Shown here in pieces: positions 26,121-34,527 of a DNA stretch of 64,000 bases. Source of the DNA: a virus. Made by a program: the position numbers and the translations under genes. The notes beneath the pieces were generated by a model. The model saw nothing but the letters and a program-made list of their open reading frames with translations, did not search any database and was not told the origin of the DNA. Position 1 is the stretch's first letter; each line of letters starts with the position of its first letter. The stretch is from positions 1-64,000 of the IMG/VR virus record IMGVR_UViG_3300030104_006883. One strand, 5' to 3'.

Positions 26121-26540
26121 TTGAAAAAAATAATTTTAGCAATATTCTCTTTATTTCTAACCTCTTCCTGTATTCCGGAAAGTTCTATACCTCTAAGGCA
26201 GAACGTTATAGTAACAGTTCAAAAGATAAATATCCCAAAAAATACTGTCATACTCTATTCTGCTCCTTGGTGTGGATGGTGTAAAACAGCAAAGAAATTT
26301 TTAATTGATAACGATGTTACTTTTATTGAAAAAAATTTTGAAAATAAGGCTGTTAAAGAACAACTTAAGTTGATCGCAAAACAGATAGGATACGAAGGCA
26401 CATTAAACGCTATTCCACTATTTGTTGTTAACGATAGAATAATAGTTGGATATGATCCAATTGAAGTCTTACACGCACTTGGTAGAAACTCTGGTAAGTC
26501 AACAGAGACTTCTATGGGAATGAGCGTGGTATACGAATGA
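26121..26540 (+). CDS. Glutaredoxin/NrdH-like lipoprotein
   Basis: APWCGWC, IPLFVV, lipobox LTSSC. Confidence 0.8.
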   Translation: MKKIILAIFSLFLTSSCIPESSIPLRQNVIVTVQKINIPKNTVILYSAPWCGWCKTAKKFLIDNDVTFIEKNFENKAVKEQLKLIAKQIGYEGTLNAIPLFVVNDRIIVGYDPIEVLHALGRNSGKSTETSMGMSVVYE

Positions 26541-27493
26541 AACTCCTACTTGAAAATTGGCGGAAGTTTATTAACGAGAGTCAAGAAGAAGGCCTACAGT
26601 ACCCGATGGCTGATCGCAATGAATGGTATGGAGATGCAGATTATAAAGCTAGAGGTGGTCGTATAGTTATGATGACACCGGATGAATATTTAAAAAGAGT
26701 TAGGCCCTTGGATATTGATGAAGGATCGAGAGACAACATTGATGATTTAAAGAATCACATATTGTCCGGTCGAACCCTGGATCCTCTAGTTATCTACGAA
26801 GATGGAAAAGAGGATGGGAGACATAGAGCACATGCCGCTAGAGAGTTAGGAATTAAGCAGGTCCCAGTAATTCTCTTTGGAGATCAAAATTTAAATGAAA
26901 ACAAATGGGCAGACTACGACGCTCCCAAAGGCCAGTGGCTTGATATACCTATCGAAGATATTGCTTCTGCCGCTAGAGATCGCGGCGGCGAAATAAACCT
27001 AGCCGATGAGTTATACAATCTTATAAATAACGCCTATAAGAAAATTGGTGGACATTCGAATATAAAATCTGCATCGGATTTACCGGGCAAATATGATGAA
27101 TACATTGCAATTGATATAGACTCTGATCCGGAGCCAGACGCTTTGCGCGTGTCTTCTAATAAGCCAGCAGGCAAAAAGATGACTGTTGCGGGCCACGATG
27201 GAAGCAAAGAAGCTATAACTGCTTATATAGATAAGTCAGCGCAACTATTGAATACTCCTGGGTATTTTTCTGAGATGTCAAAAGCAATTGCTCACATTAT
27301 GATAACCAAGTACGGTGTCCCGTTTGTGGATAGCCAAGAAGATGTCGAAAGAGTGTTAGGTAAAGAAATAACATGGCTAGGTGGTCATCCTGAAGGCAAG
27401 TATCCTAATTATAATGGTTGGTATATAAGGGATATTGGTGGCTCTAAAGAAGCGAAGATACTTTTAGGAATACCAAAGGGATTAAATGAATAA
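26537..27493 (+). CDS. ParB/Srx-like domain plus second unknown domain
   Basis: LDPLVI...EDGRHRAHAARELGIKQVPV. Confidence 0.65.
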   Translation: MKLLLENWRKFINESQEEGLQYPMADRNEWYGDADYKARGGRIVMMTPDEYLKRVRPLDIDEGSRDNIDDLKNHILSGRTLDPLVIYEDGKEDGRHRAHAARELGIKQVPVILFGDQNLNENKWADYDAPKGQWLDIPIEDIASAARDRGGEINLADELYNLINNAYKKIGGHSNIKSASDLPGKYDEYIAIDIDSDPEPDALRVSSNKPAGKKMTVAGHDGSKEAITAYIDKSAQLLNTPGYFSEMSKAIAHIMITKYGVPFVDSQEDVERVLGKEITWLGGHPEGKYPNYNGWYIRDIGGSKEAKILLGIPKGLNE

Positions 27494-28488
27494 TGAAAAA
27501 ATTGTTAACAGAGTGGCAAAGATATCTAAAAGAAAGTGTTGATGTTGTTGTTAAAGCAGCAACGGAACTTGTTTGCCCACCGGCAACCCAAGATCTAAAA
27601 TTAAACACAAAGAACCGCGATGCAGCTATCCACGAAGATCATATTCAATATGGTCCTTTAAACGTCGATGAACCGGGGGATTACTGGAAAGACATAGCTG
27701 AGTATTGGAATACCGATGAAAAGGCCGCTAAGGCATCATTATGTGGCAATTGTGTAGCATTTGATATATCACCAAGAATGAAAGACTGTATGCCTGGAGA
27801 AACTTCTGATAAAGACGGCGAACTGGGGTATTGCTGGATGCACCACTTTAAGTGTCATTCTGCTAGGTCATGTAGAACTTGGGCCAAAGGGGGTCCAATT
27901 ACAGAAAACAGTATGTCTGAGGATTGGCAAGAAAAAAATCAAGATTCTCTAGAAGAGAAGAAAGATGATCGCTGTACTCGTATCGCAAAGCGTAAATATG
28001 ATGTGTGGCCATCTGCTTACGCTTCTGGGGCAGTCGTCAAATGTCGTCAAGGTAAGATATGGAAGGGCGTAAAAGAAGATATTAGAAGAATAGTAGAAGA
28101 GGAGATAGAAAACGTATTAAGTGAGTCTTGTTGGGAAGGCTACGAGCAAGTTGGAATGAAAGAGAAGGGCGGTCGGATGGTGCCTAATTGTGTGCCTATC
28201 GAAGAAAATGAATTAGAAGAAAAGAAAAAGAAAACTGATTACTCTAAAGAAAAAGAATCCGGTCTACACGGTTGGTTTTCCCGACAAGGTGGCAAAGGCA
28301 AATCAAAAGGCTGGGTAGACTGTAACACCTGTAGAAAAGACAAAAAGACTGGTAGGAAAACTTGTAAATCGTGCGGAAGAAAAGAGGGTGAAAAAAGAGC
28401 AAAGTATCCACATTGTCGCCCAACACCGTCTGATTGCGGCACCTCAAAAAAATCTGGCAAGAAATCTAAAGCAGGAAAAAAAGGATAA
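27493..28488 (+). CDS. Mosaic of Cys-rich mini-domains, probable phage head protein
   Basis: CGNC..GYCW..C module, WPSAYASG module, CWEGY..VPNCVP module, GLHGWF..GWVDC module. Confidence 0.7.
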   Translation: MKKLLTEWQRYLKESVDVVVKAATELVCPPATQDLKLNTKNRDAAIHEDHIQYGPLNVDEPGDYWKDIAEYWNTDEKAAKASLCGNCVAFDISPRMKDCMPGETSDKDGELGYCWMHHFKCHSARSCRTWAKGGPITENSMSEDWQEKNQDSLEEKKDDRCTRIAKRKYDVWPSAYASGAVVKCRQGKIWKGVKEDIRRIVEEEIENVLSESCWEGYEQVGMKEKGGRMVPNCVPIEENELEEKKKKTDYSKEKESGLHGWFSRQGGKGKSKGWVDCNTCRKDKKTGRKTCKSCGRKEGEKRAKYPHCRPTPSDCGTSKKSGKKSKAGKKG

Positions 28489-28610
28489 TGAAAGATAATA
28501 AACAAGGTTGGTATGAGCCCCATATATGACCAGATGAACTTGACTGGCCAGGTGGGTCAGAAAATGTCAGAAAAGAAAAAGATAGAAAAAGCGCTAATAG
28601 GAAAAAAACA

Positions 28611-28955
28611 ATGAAATTTACTAAAGAACAAATAAGCAAAATTGTCACCGAAGAACTAGAAAACGTTTTAGAAGAGCAGTACTATGAGATGCTCGCAGAA
28701 GGCGAGGTTTTAGAAGAAGCAGAATATCAAGGAAGAAAGGTTACTCTTAACAAGCCTATGAGAGGCGATGTTAAAAAGTCCAAGGTATATGTAAAAAACG
28801 CTAAAGGAAACGTTGTAAAAGTAAACTTTGGTGATCCTAATATGAAGATTAAAAAGAACATTCCTGGTCGTCGCAAAAGTTTTAGAGCGCGTCATAATTG
28901 TGACAACCCTGGACCTAAATGGAAAGCAAGATATTGGTCTTGCAAGGCCTGGTAA
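28611..28955 (+). CDS. Conserved phage protein (FRARHNC family)
   Basis: VNFGDPNM...RKSFRARHNCD...ARYWSCKAW. Confidence 0.7.
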   Translation: MKFTKEQISKIVTEELENVLEEQYYEMLAEGEVLEEAEYQGRKVTLNKPMRGDVKKSKVYVKNAKGNVVKVNFGDPNMKIKKNIPGRRKSFRARHNCDNPGPKWKARYWSCKAW

Positions 28956-28956
28956 A

Positions 28957-29307
28957 ATGAAGATCCTATTTGAAAGTTGGCGGAAGTATATAAATGAGGA
29001 AGAAACACCCCAGGTTTTATACCACGGCACCAGTATCGTCCAATATGAACGAATAAAAGACAATGGATATAATGTAAAAGATTTCTATCTTGCCGATGTC
29101 AGTGATAAATCTGCTGATTATGCTGAAAAACAATCTATTGCCGATGGAAGTGAAGAATCTATAATTCTAACAATAGACACAAATAAGCTTGATGGTGAAA
29201 TAAGAACAGACCCAGGCTCAAATCCAGAAGAATTGGAGTATGACATGGGTCAGTGGGTTTTTATTGGTAATATAGAAGACGCTATTATTGATGTGGAGAG
29301 GTGGTAG
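28957..29307 (+). CDS. ADP-ribosyltransferase-like domain protein
   Basis: LYHGTS...FYLA...ADYA. Confidence 0.55.
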   Translation: MKILFESWRKYINEEETPQVLYHGTSIVQYERIKDNGYNVKDFYLADVSDKSADYAEKQSIADGSEESIILTIDTNKLDGEIRTDPGSNPEELEYDMGQWVFIGNIEDAIIDVERW

Positions 29308-29910
29308 ATGAAGTTATTGCTTGAAAACTGGCGGGAGTTTTTGAATGAGTCGAAACTCACTCCGCAGTACTTACAGAGGCTAGAGGCCGCTGGCATTGTC
29401 CCTGGTGCCGTGATACGAGACCATGAGTTTTCAGAGGAAAAACCTCTTATTGTTAAAATTGAAAAAGTAGATGAAAATGGCGTCTCGTGGACTGATAGTC
29501 TTGGGAGAGGAGAGATAGATCTCTATTCTGCCTTAGAAGCAGTCAACAGCGGAGATTGGAGAACTACAGGCGAAATGGGCCTTCCCAGTTATTTTAAAGG
29601 CATCGATCCTCCTAAATCTAAACGTCTAGACGGCATAACTGAACTTTTCTATGGCACGTCGACCGCATTAAAAGATTCATTAGTTGAAAATGGAGTTCCT
29701 GCTCCAAGCGAATGGGGAAACTATGAATTAGCCGAAAGTAATGCCGCAGCTAGCGTCGATAGGCACGGCGGCGAGATGATGGTTGTCAGCCTATCGATTG
29801 ATGATTTTGATAAGTCTAAATTTTCATTATACGAGGAAAAAGATCCTAGACTAGTGTATACTGAAGACATAAAGCTACAAATCCAGAAGATGGATAGAGG
29901 AGTAATCTAA
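29308..29910 (+). CDS. Protein with C-terminal degenerate ART-like domain
   Basis: LFYGTS...YELAESNA; MKLLLENW leader. Confidence 0.45.
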   Translation: MKLLLENWREFLNESKLTPQYLQRLEAAGIVPGAVIRDHEFSEEKPLIVKIEKVDENGVSWTDSLGRGEIDLYSALEAVNSGDWRTTGEMGLPSYFKGIDPPKSKRLDGITELFYGTSTALKDSLVENGVPAPSEWGNYELAESNAAASVDRHGGEMMVVSLSIDDFDKSKFSLYEEKDPRLVYTEDIKLQIQKMDRGVI

Positions 29911-30317
29911 TGAAAAAATTAATATTAGCTATAATTTTGTGTTTCATATCCGTGAGCGCCTCCGCAAAGGTAACTTACGGTGGGCACCCATTTATGGGAA
30001 TCCATATTGACACACTAAAGGGGCATTTGTATCATGCTGCCCACATTGCCAAAAATAAAAGAATGAAACAAACATTGGCAGACACAGTAGCATGGCTAGA
30101 CATAAAGCACAAGAGTAAAAAAGTTTTTGAGATTGGAGACGATCATTCGGTCGAGTCCCAGATTATCCAGGGAGCAGTTGGATTTTTTAGAGAAATTGAG
30201 AAAGGCCTTGTGCCAGAGTTAGACGCTAGCATGTTGGAGCGTTGGTACTTTCTTGGAATGAGAGTGAGTGCTAAAAAAGTAAATGGTAAATGGGTATTAG
30301 ACCTTAAAGAAAAATAA
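29910..30317 (+). CDS. Secreted hypothetical protein
   Basis: Signal peptide MKKLILAIILCFISVSASA. Confidence 0.7.
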   Translation: MKKLILAIILCFISVSASAKVTYGGHPFMGIHIDTLKGHLYHAAHIAKNKRMKQTLADTVAWLDIKHKSKKVFEIGDDHSVESQIIQGAVGFFREIEKGLVPELDASMLERWYFLGMRVSAKKVNGKWVLDLKEK

Positions 30318-30410
30318 ATGGAACACCCTTTGTTTACTAAAATAAAATGGCTAGTATATTTAATTTTATTTATTATTGGACTAAAATATCTATTTGATCA
30401 AAAAGAATAA
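30318..30410 (+). CDS. 30-aa single-TM peptide
   Basis: MEHPLFTKIKWLVYLILFIIGLKYLFDQKE*. Confidence 0.4.
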   Translation: MEHPLFTKIKWLVYLILFIIGLKYLFDQKE

Positions 30411-30458
30411 TTATTTATATTTATTTAAATAATATATTATATATGTTATTGTATTTAT

Positions 30459-30554
30459 ATGAAAGAGAACTTTCAAAAGTTTCTTATGGTTGCTATAATT
30501 TGCTTTGGAATTGTATCAACCGCTAGTATTTTTGTACATTGCCCCGGATTCTAA
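30459..30554 (+). CDS. 31-aa single-TM peptide
   Basis: MKENFQKFLMVAIICFGIVSTASIFVHCPGF*. Confidence 0.4.
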   Translation: MKENFQKFLMVAIICFGIVSTASIFVHCPGF

Positions 30555-30566
30555 AGGAGTTAGAAA

Positions 30567-30824
30567 ATGGCAGGAAGAAAGAAGAGTGTAACCGACGAGG
30601 GACTACTAAACCTACAGACAAATGAAGAGCTATCTACAAAGACCATAGCTTTACAAGAGCAGTTACTGGAAACCAACAACAAGCTTGGCGCTATGAGAAG
30701 CAGGATTAGCGATCTTGTTGACGAAGTAGCAATCCTCAAGAGCCAGCTAAGCACTACTCAGAATACATTCTCAGAGCATCTTCGAACTTTGGCAAAGAGA
30801 ATTGAACCAACCCATAAATGGTAA
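30567..30824 (+). CDS. Coiled-coil protein
   Basis: AAGGAG SD, heptads. Confidence 0.7.
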   Translation: MAGRKKSVTDEGLLNLQTNEELSTKTIALQEQLLETNNKLGAMRSRISDLVDEVAILKSQLSTTQNTFSEHLRTLAKRIEPTHKW

Positions 30825-31087
30825 AAAGACTACTCTTTAGATCTTTATTGCTTTTTTTTATTTTATTAATATCTTGTTCAACTAACTCACATCTTAATAA
30901 TTTTAATCATGATCTTGGGTATGTTCATGGATTTAATGATGGCAGAGATCAGGCGTTCGTGATGCAGATATATTCTAGATGTTTAAAAATAAGAAGTAAA
31001 AAAGATTGCGCCCTATTAAAGAAAAAAATTGACAACTTTGAAAAAAAGTTCGATGATGCAGAGGCAAGGCTTACGGAGCAGTTCTAG
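30818..31087 (+). CDS. Putative lipoprotein
   Basis: Hydrophobic stretch then LISC. Confidence 0.6.
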   Translation: MVKRLLFRSLLLFFILLISCSTNSHLNNFNHDLGYVHGFNDGRDQAFVMQIYSRCLKIRSKKDCALLKKKIDNFEKKFDDAEARLTEQF

Positions 31088-31090
31088 AAA

Positions 31091-31255
31091 ATGGGTAAAG
31101 TAGCTGACGAGATTAAAAAAATTCAAGAGAAAGAGAAGCTTACTCTTCCTGAAGTATTTGAGAAATATCCTCATTTAGCAACTTTACAGCTAGAGGAGGT
31201 TCTGGAAGAGAAAGAAGCATCTGTTAAAGAGAACAAGAAACTTATTTTAGGATGA
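31091..31255 (+). CDS. Small hypothetical protein
   Basis: Hand translation MGKVADEIKK...KLILG*. Confidence 0.55.
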   Translation: MGKVADEIKKIQEKEKLTLPEVFEKYPHLATLQLEEVLEEKEASVKENKKLILG

Positions 31256-31259
31256 ATTA

Positions 31260-31451
31260 ATGCCATTTAAAGAATTTAAATTTTTATTGCAAAACAAATC
31301 GAATGGAGATATAGAAGAGATGATTGTAGAGGCGCATACTTTCCCCGAAGCGGCCTCTCAAGCTTATGTAGAGTGTAATAACCTACGAAAGGGGTCAGAT
31401 ACGTGGACTATTGTATCTGCTGTTGATCAGCAGTTTGGAAATAAGGAGTAA
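31260..31451 (+). CDS. Hypothetical protein
   Basis: ORF in co-directional run. Confidence 0.6.
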   Translation: MPFKEFKFLLQNKSNGDIEEMIVEAHTFPEAASQAYVECNNLRKGSDTWTIVSAVDQQFGNKE

Positions 31452-31454
31452 AAA

Positions 31455-31715
31455 ATGGACACAGACGCAACAGAAGAAACAGGCGGAGAGGTGACTTATC
31501 TTGGCAGCATCTCTTTAGAAAAAGAGCAGGTACAAAAGATCGTGGTTAACTATCTTGTAAGTCACAATCCAGACCTACAGGATATTAGTGATGAAAGTAA
31601 CTCTTTAAAATTTAGACCTGTCTGGCTTACAGACGATAGTTTTATGGAAGTTCATTTTACTAGACTAGAAGAGACTGCCGAAGAGTCTATAGATCTTTCT
31701 GGTGAAGCTAGTTAG
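31455..31715 (+). CDS. Hypothetical protein
   Basis: AAGGAG SD. Confidence 0.65.
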   Translation: MDTDATEETGGEVTYLGSISLEKEQVQKIVVNYLVSHNPDLQDISDESNSLKFRPVWLTDDSFMEVHFTRLEETAEESIDLSGEAS

Positions 31716-32283
31716 AGTTTTCTTTTAAAAACTCTTGGAATTTGTCTTCATCTATATCCATATGAAATCTAGCTTGTCGTCTAGACTCTGGGGAATCCTT
31801 AGAAGTGGCCCAAACCCACACTAAGGATTCCTTTTTCTTTTGTAGTATACTCTTTTTTTTCTCTATTTCTTTACTAATTTGCTCATAAGCTTCTTCGTCG
31901 AACAAGGGGAGGTTTATTTTTAAGTCTGCTGCTATCATTAACAATGTGAGCCAATCGTTTTCCTCATATGCTACGGCAGCAGATTTAAATTCTTCTTCAA
32001 ATTCTTCACCACATCTGTCTGGATGAGTTCTCTTTGCTATTCTTCTATAAACTTCTTTAAGAAAAGTGTGGTGCTCTTGGCTCTTTTCTTCCGTACTCTC
32101 GACAGCTTCAGGACTGTCTTCTAACAGACTAGCTTTGTATTGGAGTTCTTTCTGAAAGTCCTCGGTGAATTTCTTACTGAACTCTGTGTCTAACTCTTCG
32201 GATTCTTCCAGTTCGAGGGTCAGCGCAGATATTTCTAAGAGTATTCTCTTTTGGAATCGTTCCTTAAAGTTTTTGTTTGACAT
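31708..32283 (-). CDS. J-domain (DnaJ-like) co-chaperone
   Basis: YRRIAKRTHPD...FKSAAVAYE. Confidence 0.8.
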   Translation of the reverse strand: MSNKNFKERFQKRILLEISALTLELEESEELDTEFSKKFTEDFQKELQYKASLLEDSPEAVESTEEKSQEHHTFLKEVYRRIAKRTHPDRCGEEFEEEFKSAAVAYEENDWLTLLMIAADLKINLPLFDEEAYEQISKEIEKKKSILQKKKESLVWVWATSKDSPESRRQARFHMDIDEDKFQEFLKENSN

Positions 32284-32323
32284 ATTATAAATAAATCTGT
32301 AAATTTAAAAGTCATGATAAAAT

Positions 32324-32974
32324 ATGATAAAATCCGGGTCGGACAAGGAGTCTGTTTTGAGTGAAGATTTTTGGTTTTCTAAGGCAAACAAGCCTCAAAC
32401 TGGAGCCACTGCAAACAAAGGAGCAGGGTTTGGCCCAAACAATAAAATTGAATGGGAAAATAATAATATATATTTTTACTCAGAAGTTACGCGACCTAAC
32501 AACCTATACTTGAATAAGTTTATAGTGACGTTATCTAACAGGTATAGCAATAGTTCTAATATCCTTGAAGTTCCTGATATACATATAAACCTCCACATTA
32601 ACTCATATGGAGGCAGTGTCTTTGCAGGGTTCTCTAGTGTCGATTATATCAAGAACTGTAAGGTTCCGGTGAATACTATAATCGATGGCTGTGCCGCATC
32701 AGCGGCTACTTTAATGAGCGTTGTCGGTGACAAGAGATATATGCATGAACATTCTTTTATGTTGATCCATCAGTTATCTTCAGGAATGTGGGGCAAATAT
32801 GAAGATATGAAAGATGACTTACAAAATTGTGATCTTCTAATGAAAACAATTAAAAAAATCTATGAAGAAAATACTAAAATACCTAAAAAGCAGCTTGGTG
32901 AAATATTAAAGCACGACCTTTGGTGGGACGCCAAGACATGTCTTAAGTATGGCCTTATAGACGAGATTATATAA
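32324..32974 (+). CDS. clpP: ClpP-like protease subunit
   Basis: INSYGGSV, GCAASAA, LIHQ, DLWWDAKTCLKYGLIDEI. Confidence 0.85.
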   Translation: MIKSGSDKESVLSEDFWFSKANKPQTGATANKGAGFGPNNKIEWENNNIYFYSEVTRPNNLYLNKFIVTLSNRYSNSSNILEVPDIHINLHINSYGGSVFAGFSSVDYIKNCKVPVNTIIDGCAASAATLMSVVGDKRYMHEHSFMLIHQLSSGMWGKYEDMKDDLQNCDLLMKTIKKIYEENTKIPKKQLGEILKHDLWWDAKTCLKYGLIDEII

Positions 32975-32984
32975 CCTTACTTGT

Positions 32985-33058
32985 GCCTCCTTAGCTCAGT
33001 TGGCCAGAGCAGTTGATTTGTAATCAACAGGTCGTCCGTTCGAATCGGACAGGGGGCT
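32985..33058 (+). tRNA. tRNA-Thr(TGT), CCA not encoded
   Basis: Cloverleaf GCCTCCT/AGGGGGC, anticodon loop TTTGTAA, T-loop GTTCGAATC. Confidence 0.95.
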
Positions 33059-33085
33059 TGACTTATCTTCATTTTTGTGTATAAT
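33058..33085 (+). promoter_or_regulatory. Early-type promoter TTGACT-N16-TATAAT
   Basis: Same 16-bp geometry as in the 1-9.5 kb region. Confidence 0.75.
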
Positions 33086-33092
33086 AGCTATC

Positions 33093-33296
33093 ATGAAAGA
33101 AACACTTGAAGAATTTAGAGAAAGGGTGTTGTCCTCTAATGAAATCACTGATGGGGATCTTATAAAGTGGTACTGGGAGATGTCTCAGCAGTTTGTTTTA
33201 CTGCAATCTGAAAGAGACACTTTACTGCGAAAAATAACAGTTCTGGAGAGGGGGTGCGCCTGTTATCGACAAAGCCAATTGGAGAAAGAAAATTGA
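33093..33296 (+). CDS. Hypothetical protein
   Basis: First gene after promoter 33058. Confidence 0.55.
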   Translation: MKETLEEFRERVLSSNEITDGDLIKWYWEMSQQFVLLQSERDTLLRKITVLERGCACYRQSQLEKEN

Positions 33297-33748
33297 AGAT
33301 ACTTTTTTTGCACGGCTTGGAGTCAAAGCCTGGGGGCAGCAAGGTAAGGCACCTTGAAAGTCTAGGACACGAGGTTTTAAATCCATCCTTGCCGAAGGAT
33401 AGCTGGTCTGATAGCGTTAAGATCGCATCGGAGATGATGTTAAGTGAGCCTGACGTGGTGATAGGATCATCGAGAGGTGGAGCATTGGCGATGCAGGTAG
33501 CTCATTTTACTACTAATCTTATTTTGATAGCTCCTGCTTGGGAGAAATATGGAGTTCACCCAACCGTCCCTTATGGTACAAAAGTCTTACATTCTTTTAA
33601 AGATGATGTTGTGCCATACCTTGATAGCTCTAAAATCATGATAAACAATGACGGAGTTAAATTAATAGAAATCGGTGACGATCATAGAATGAGCGACATA
33701 TCGGCCTTATCGGCTTTGTCGGATTGCCTTAAAGAGTTTATAAATTGA
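33293..33748 (+). CDS. Alpha/beta hydrolase (YqiA-like esterase)
   Basis: LFLHGLES, GSSRGG nucleophile elbow, HSFKDDVV, DDH. Confidence 0.85.
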   Translation: MKILFLHGLESKPGGSKVRHLESLGHEVLNPSLPKDSWSDSVKIASEMMLSEPDVVIGSSRGGALAMQVAHFTTNLILIAPAWEKYGVHPTVPYGTKVLHSFKDDVVPYLDSSKIMINNDGVKLIEIGDDHRMSDISALSALSDCLKEFIN

Positions 33749-34032
33749 TAGAAGATATAAAAAAAGGCGATATGGCTATAATAGAGAATCCTAAAAGAAT
33801 TTGGCCTATTATTTCTTTTAACGGCGAGATCAATAAAGTTGTTTGGGGAAACATATCCGAGAGCCAGAAGAAGCAAACCCCGAACTATTTATTTAAGCCC
33901 ATGGTTTATATTGGAACCGAAAAAGTTTTTGATAACTGGATGAAAATTACATTGCATAAGTTCTTTTCTTCTAATGGGGAATACTTATACTTCCAAACTG
34001 ATGATTTTAAACATCTGGAGAAAATAGAATGA
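33745..34032 (+). CDS. Hypothetical protein with KOW-like start
   Basis: IKKGDMAII. Confidence 0.55.
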   Translation: MIEDIKKGDMAIIENPKRIWPIISFNGEINKVVWGNISESQKKQTPNYLFKPMVYIGTEKVFDNWMKITLHKFFSSNGEYLYFQTDDFKHLEKIE

Positions 34033-34229
34033 AGAATTTATTGCTTATTATATTACTATCTTATGTGCTTCTTGGATGTGAAGAAGTTGAACTTGATAAA
34101 GATACTAATCCTGAGAGACTTGTACCTGTTTGTTGCTTTGACGCTGACTCTGTTTGGCGTATTGGAGACGCATGGCCCGCAACAACGAGCATGGACTATA
34201 TGATAAGAGAGATCGGCCCCGAGGAGTAA
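34029..34229 (+). CDS. Small putative lipoprotein
   Basis: Lipobox VLLGC. Confidence 0.6.
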   Translation: MKNLLLIILLSYVLLGCEEVELDKDTNPERLVPVCCFDADSVWRIGDAWPATTSMDYMIREIGPEE

Positions 34230-34230
34230 T

Positions 34231-34527
34231 ATGTCTGACTTTATTTTTACAAAAAAGCCTCATACCACAATGGTAGACGTTTGGTATCAATCAATACTGA
34301 TTGGGGAGCTAGGTTGTAAAATTGAAGATAGACATACTTGCACGTACACGGCATACTGCAATGAAAGACTCTCTTGTATAGGATCATTTGATAGCCTCGA
34401 AGAGGCTGCTCAAGCTATTCTAGATGAGCACAGAAAACTATTCAACCAGAGATTCACAGTGGAGGATCCGTGTCAGGAAAAGCTGAAAACCATGACAAGA
34501 AATGGAACAGTTGGAGATACAACGTAA
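34231..34527 (+). CDS. Hypothetical protein
   Basis: GAGGAG SD. Confidence 0.6.
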   Translation: MSDFIFTKKPHTTMVDVWYQSILIGELGCKIEDRHTCTYTAYCNERLSCIGSFDSLEEAAQAILDEHRKLFNQRFTVEDPCQEKLKTMTRNGTVGDTT

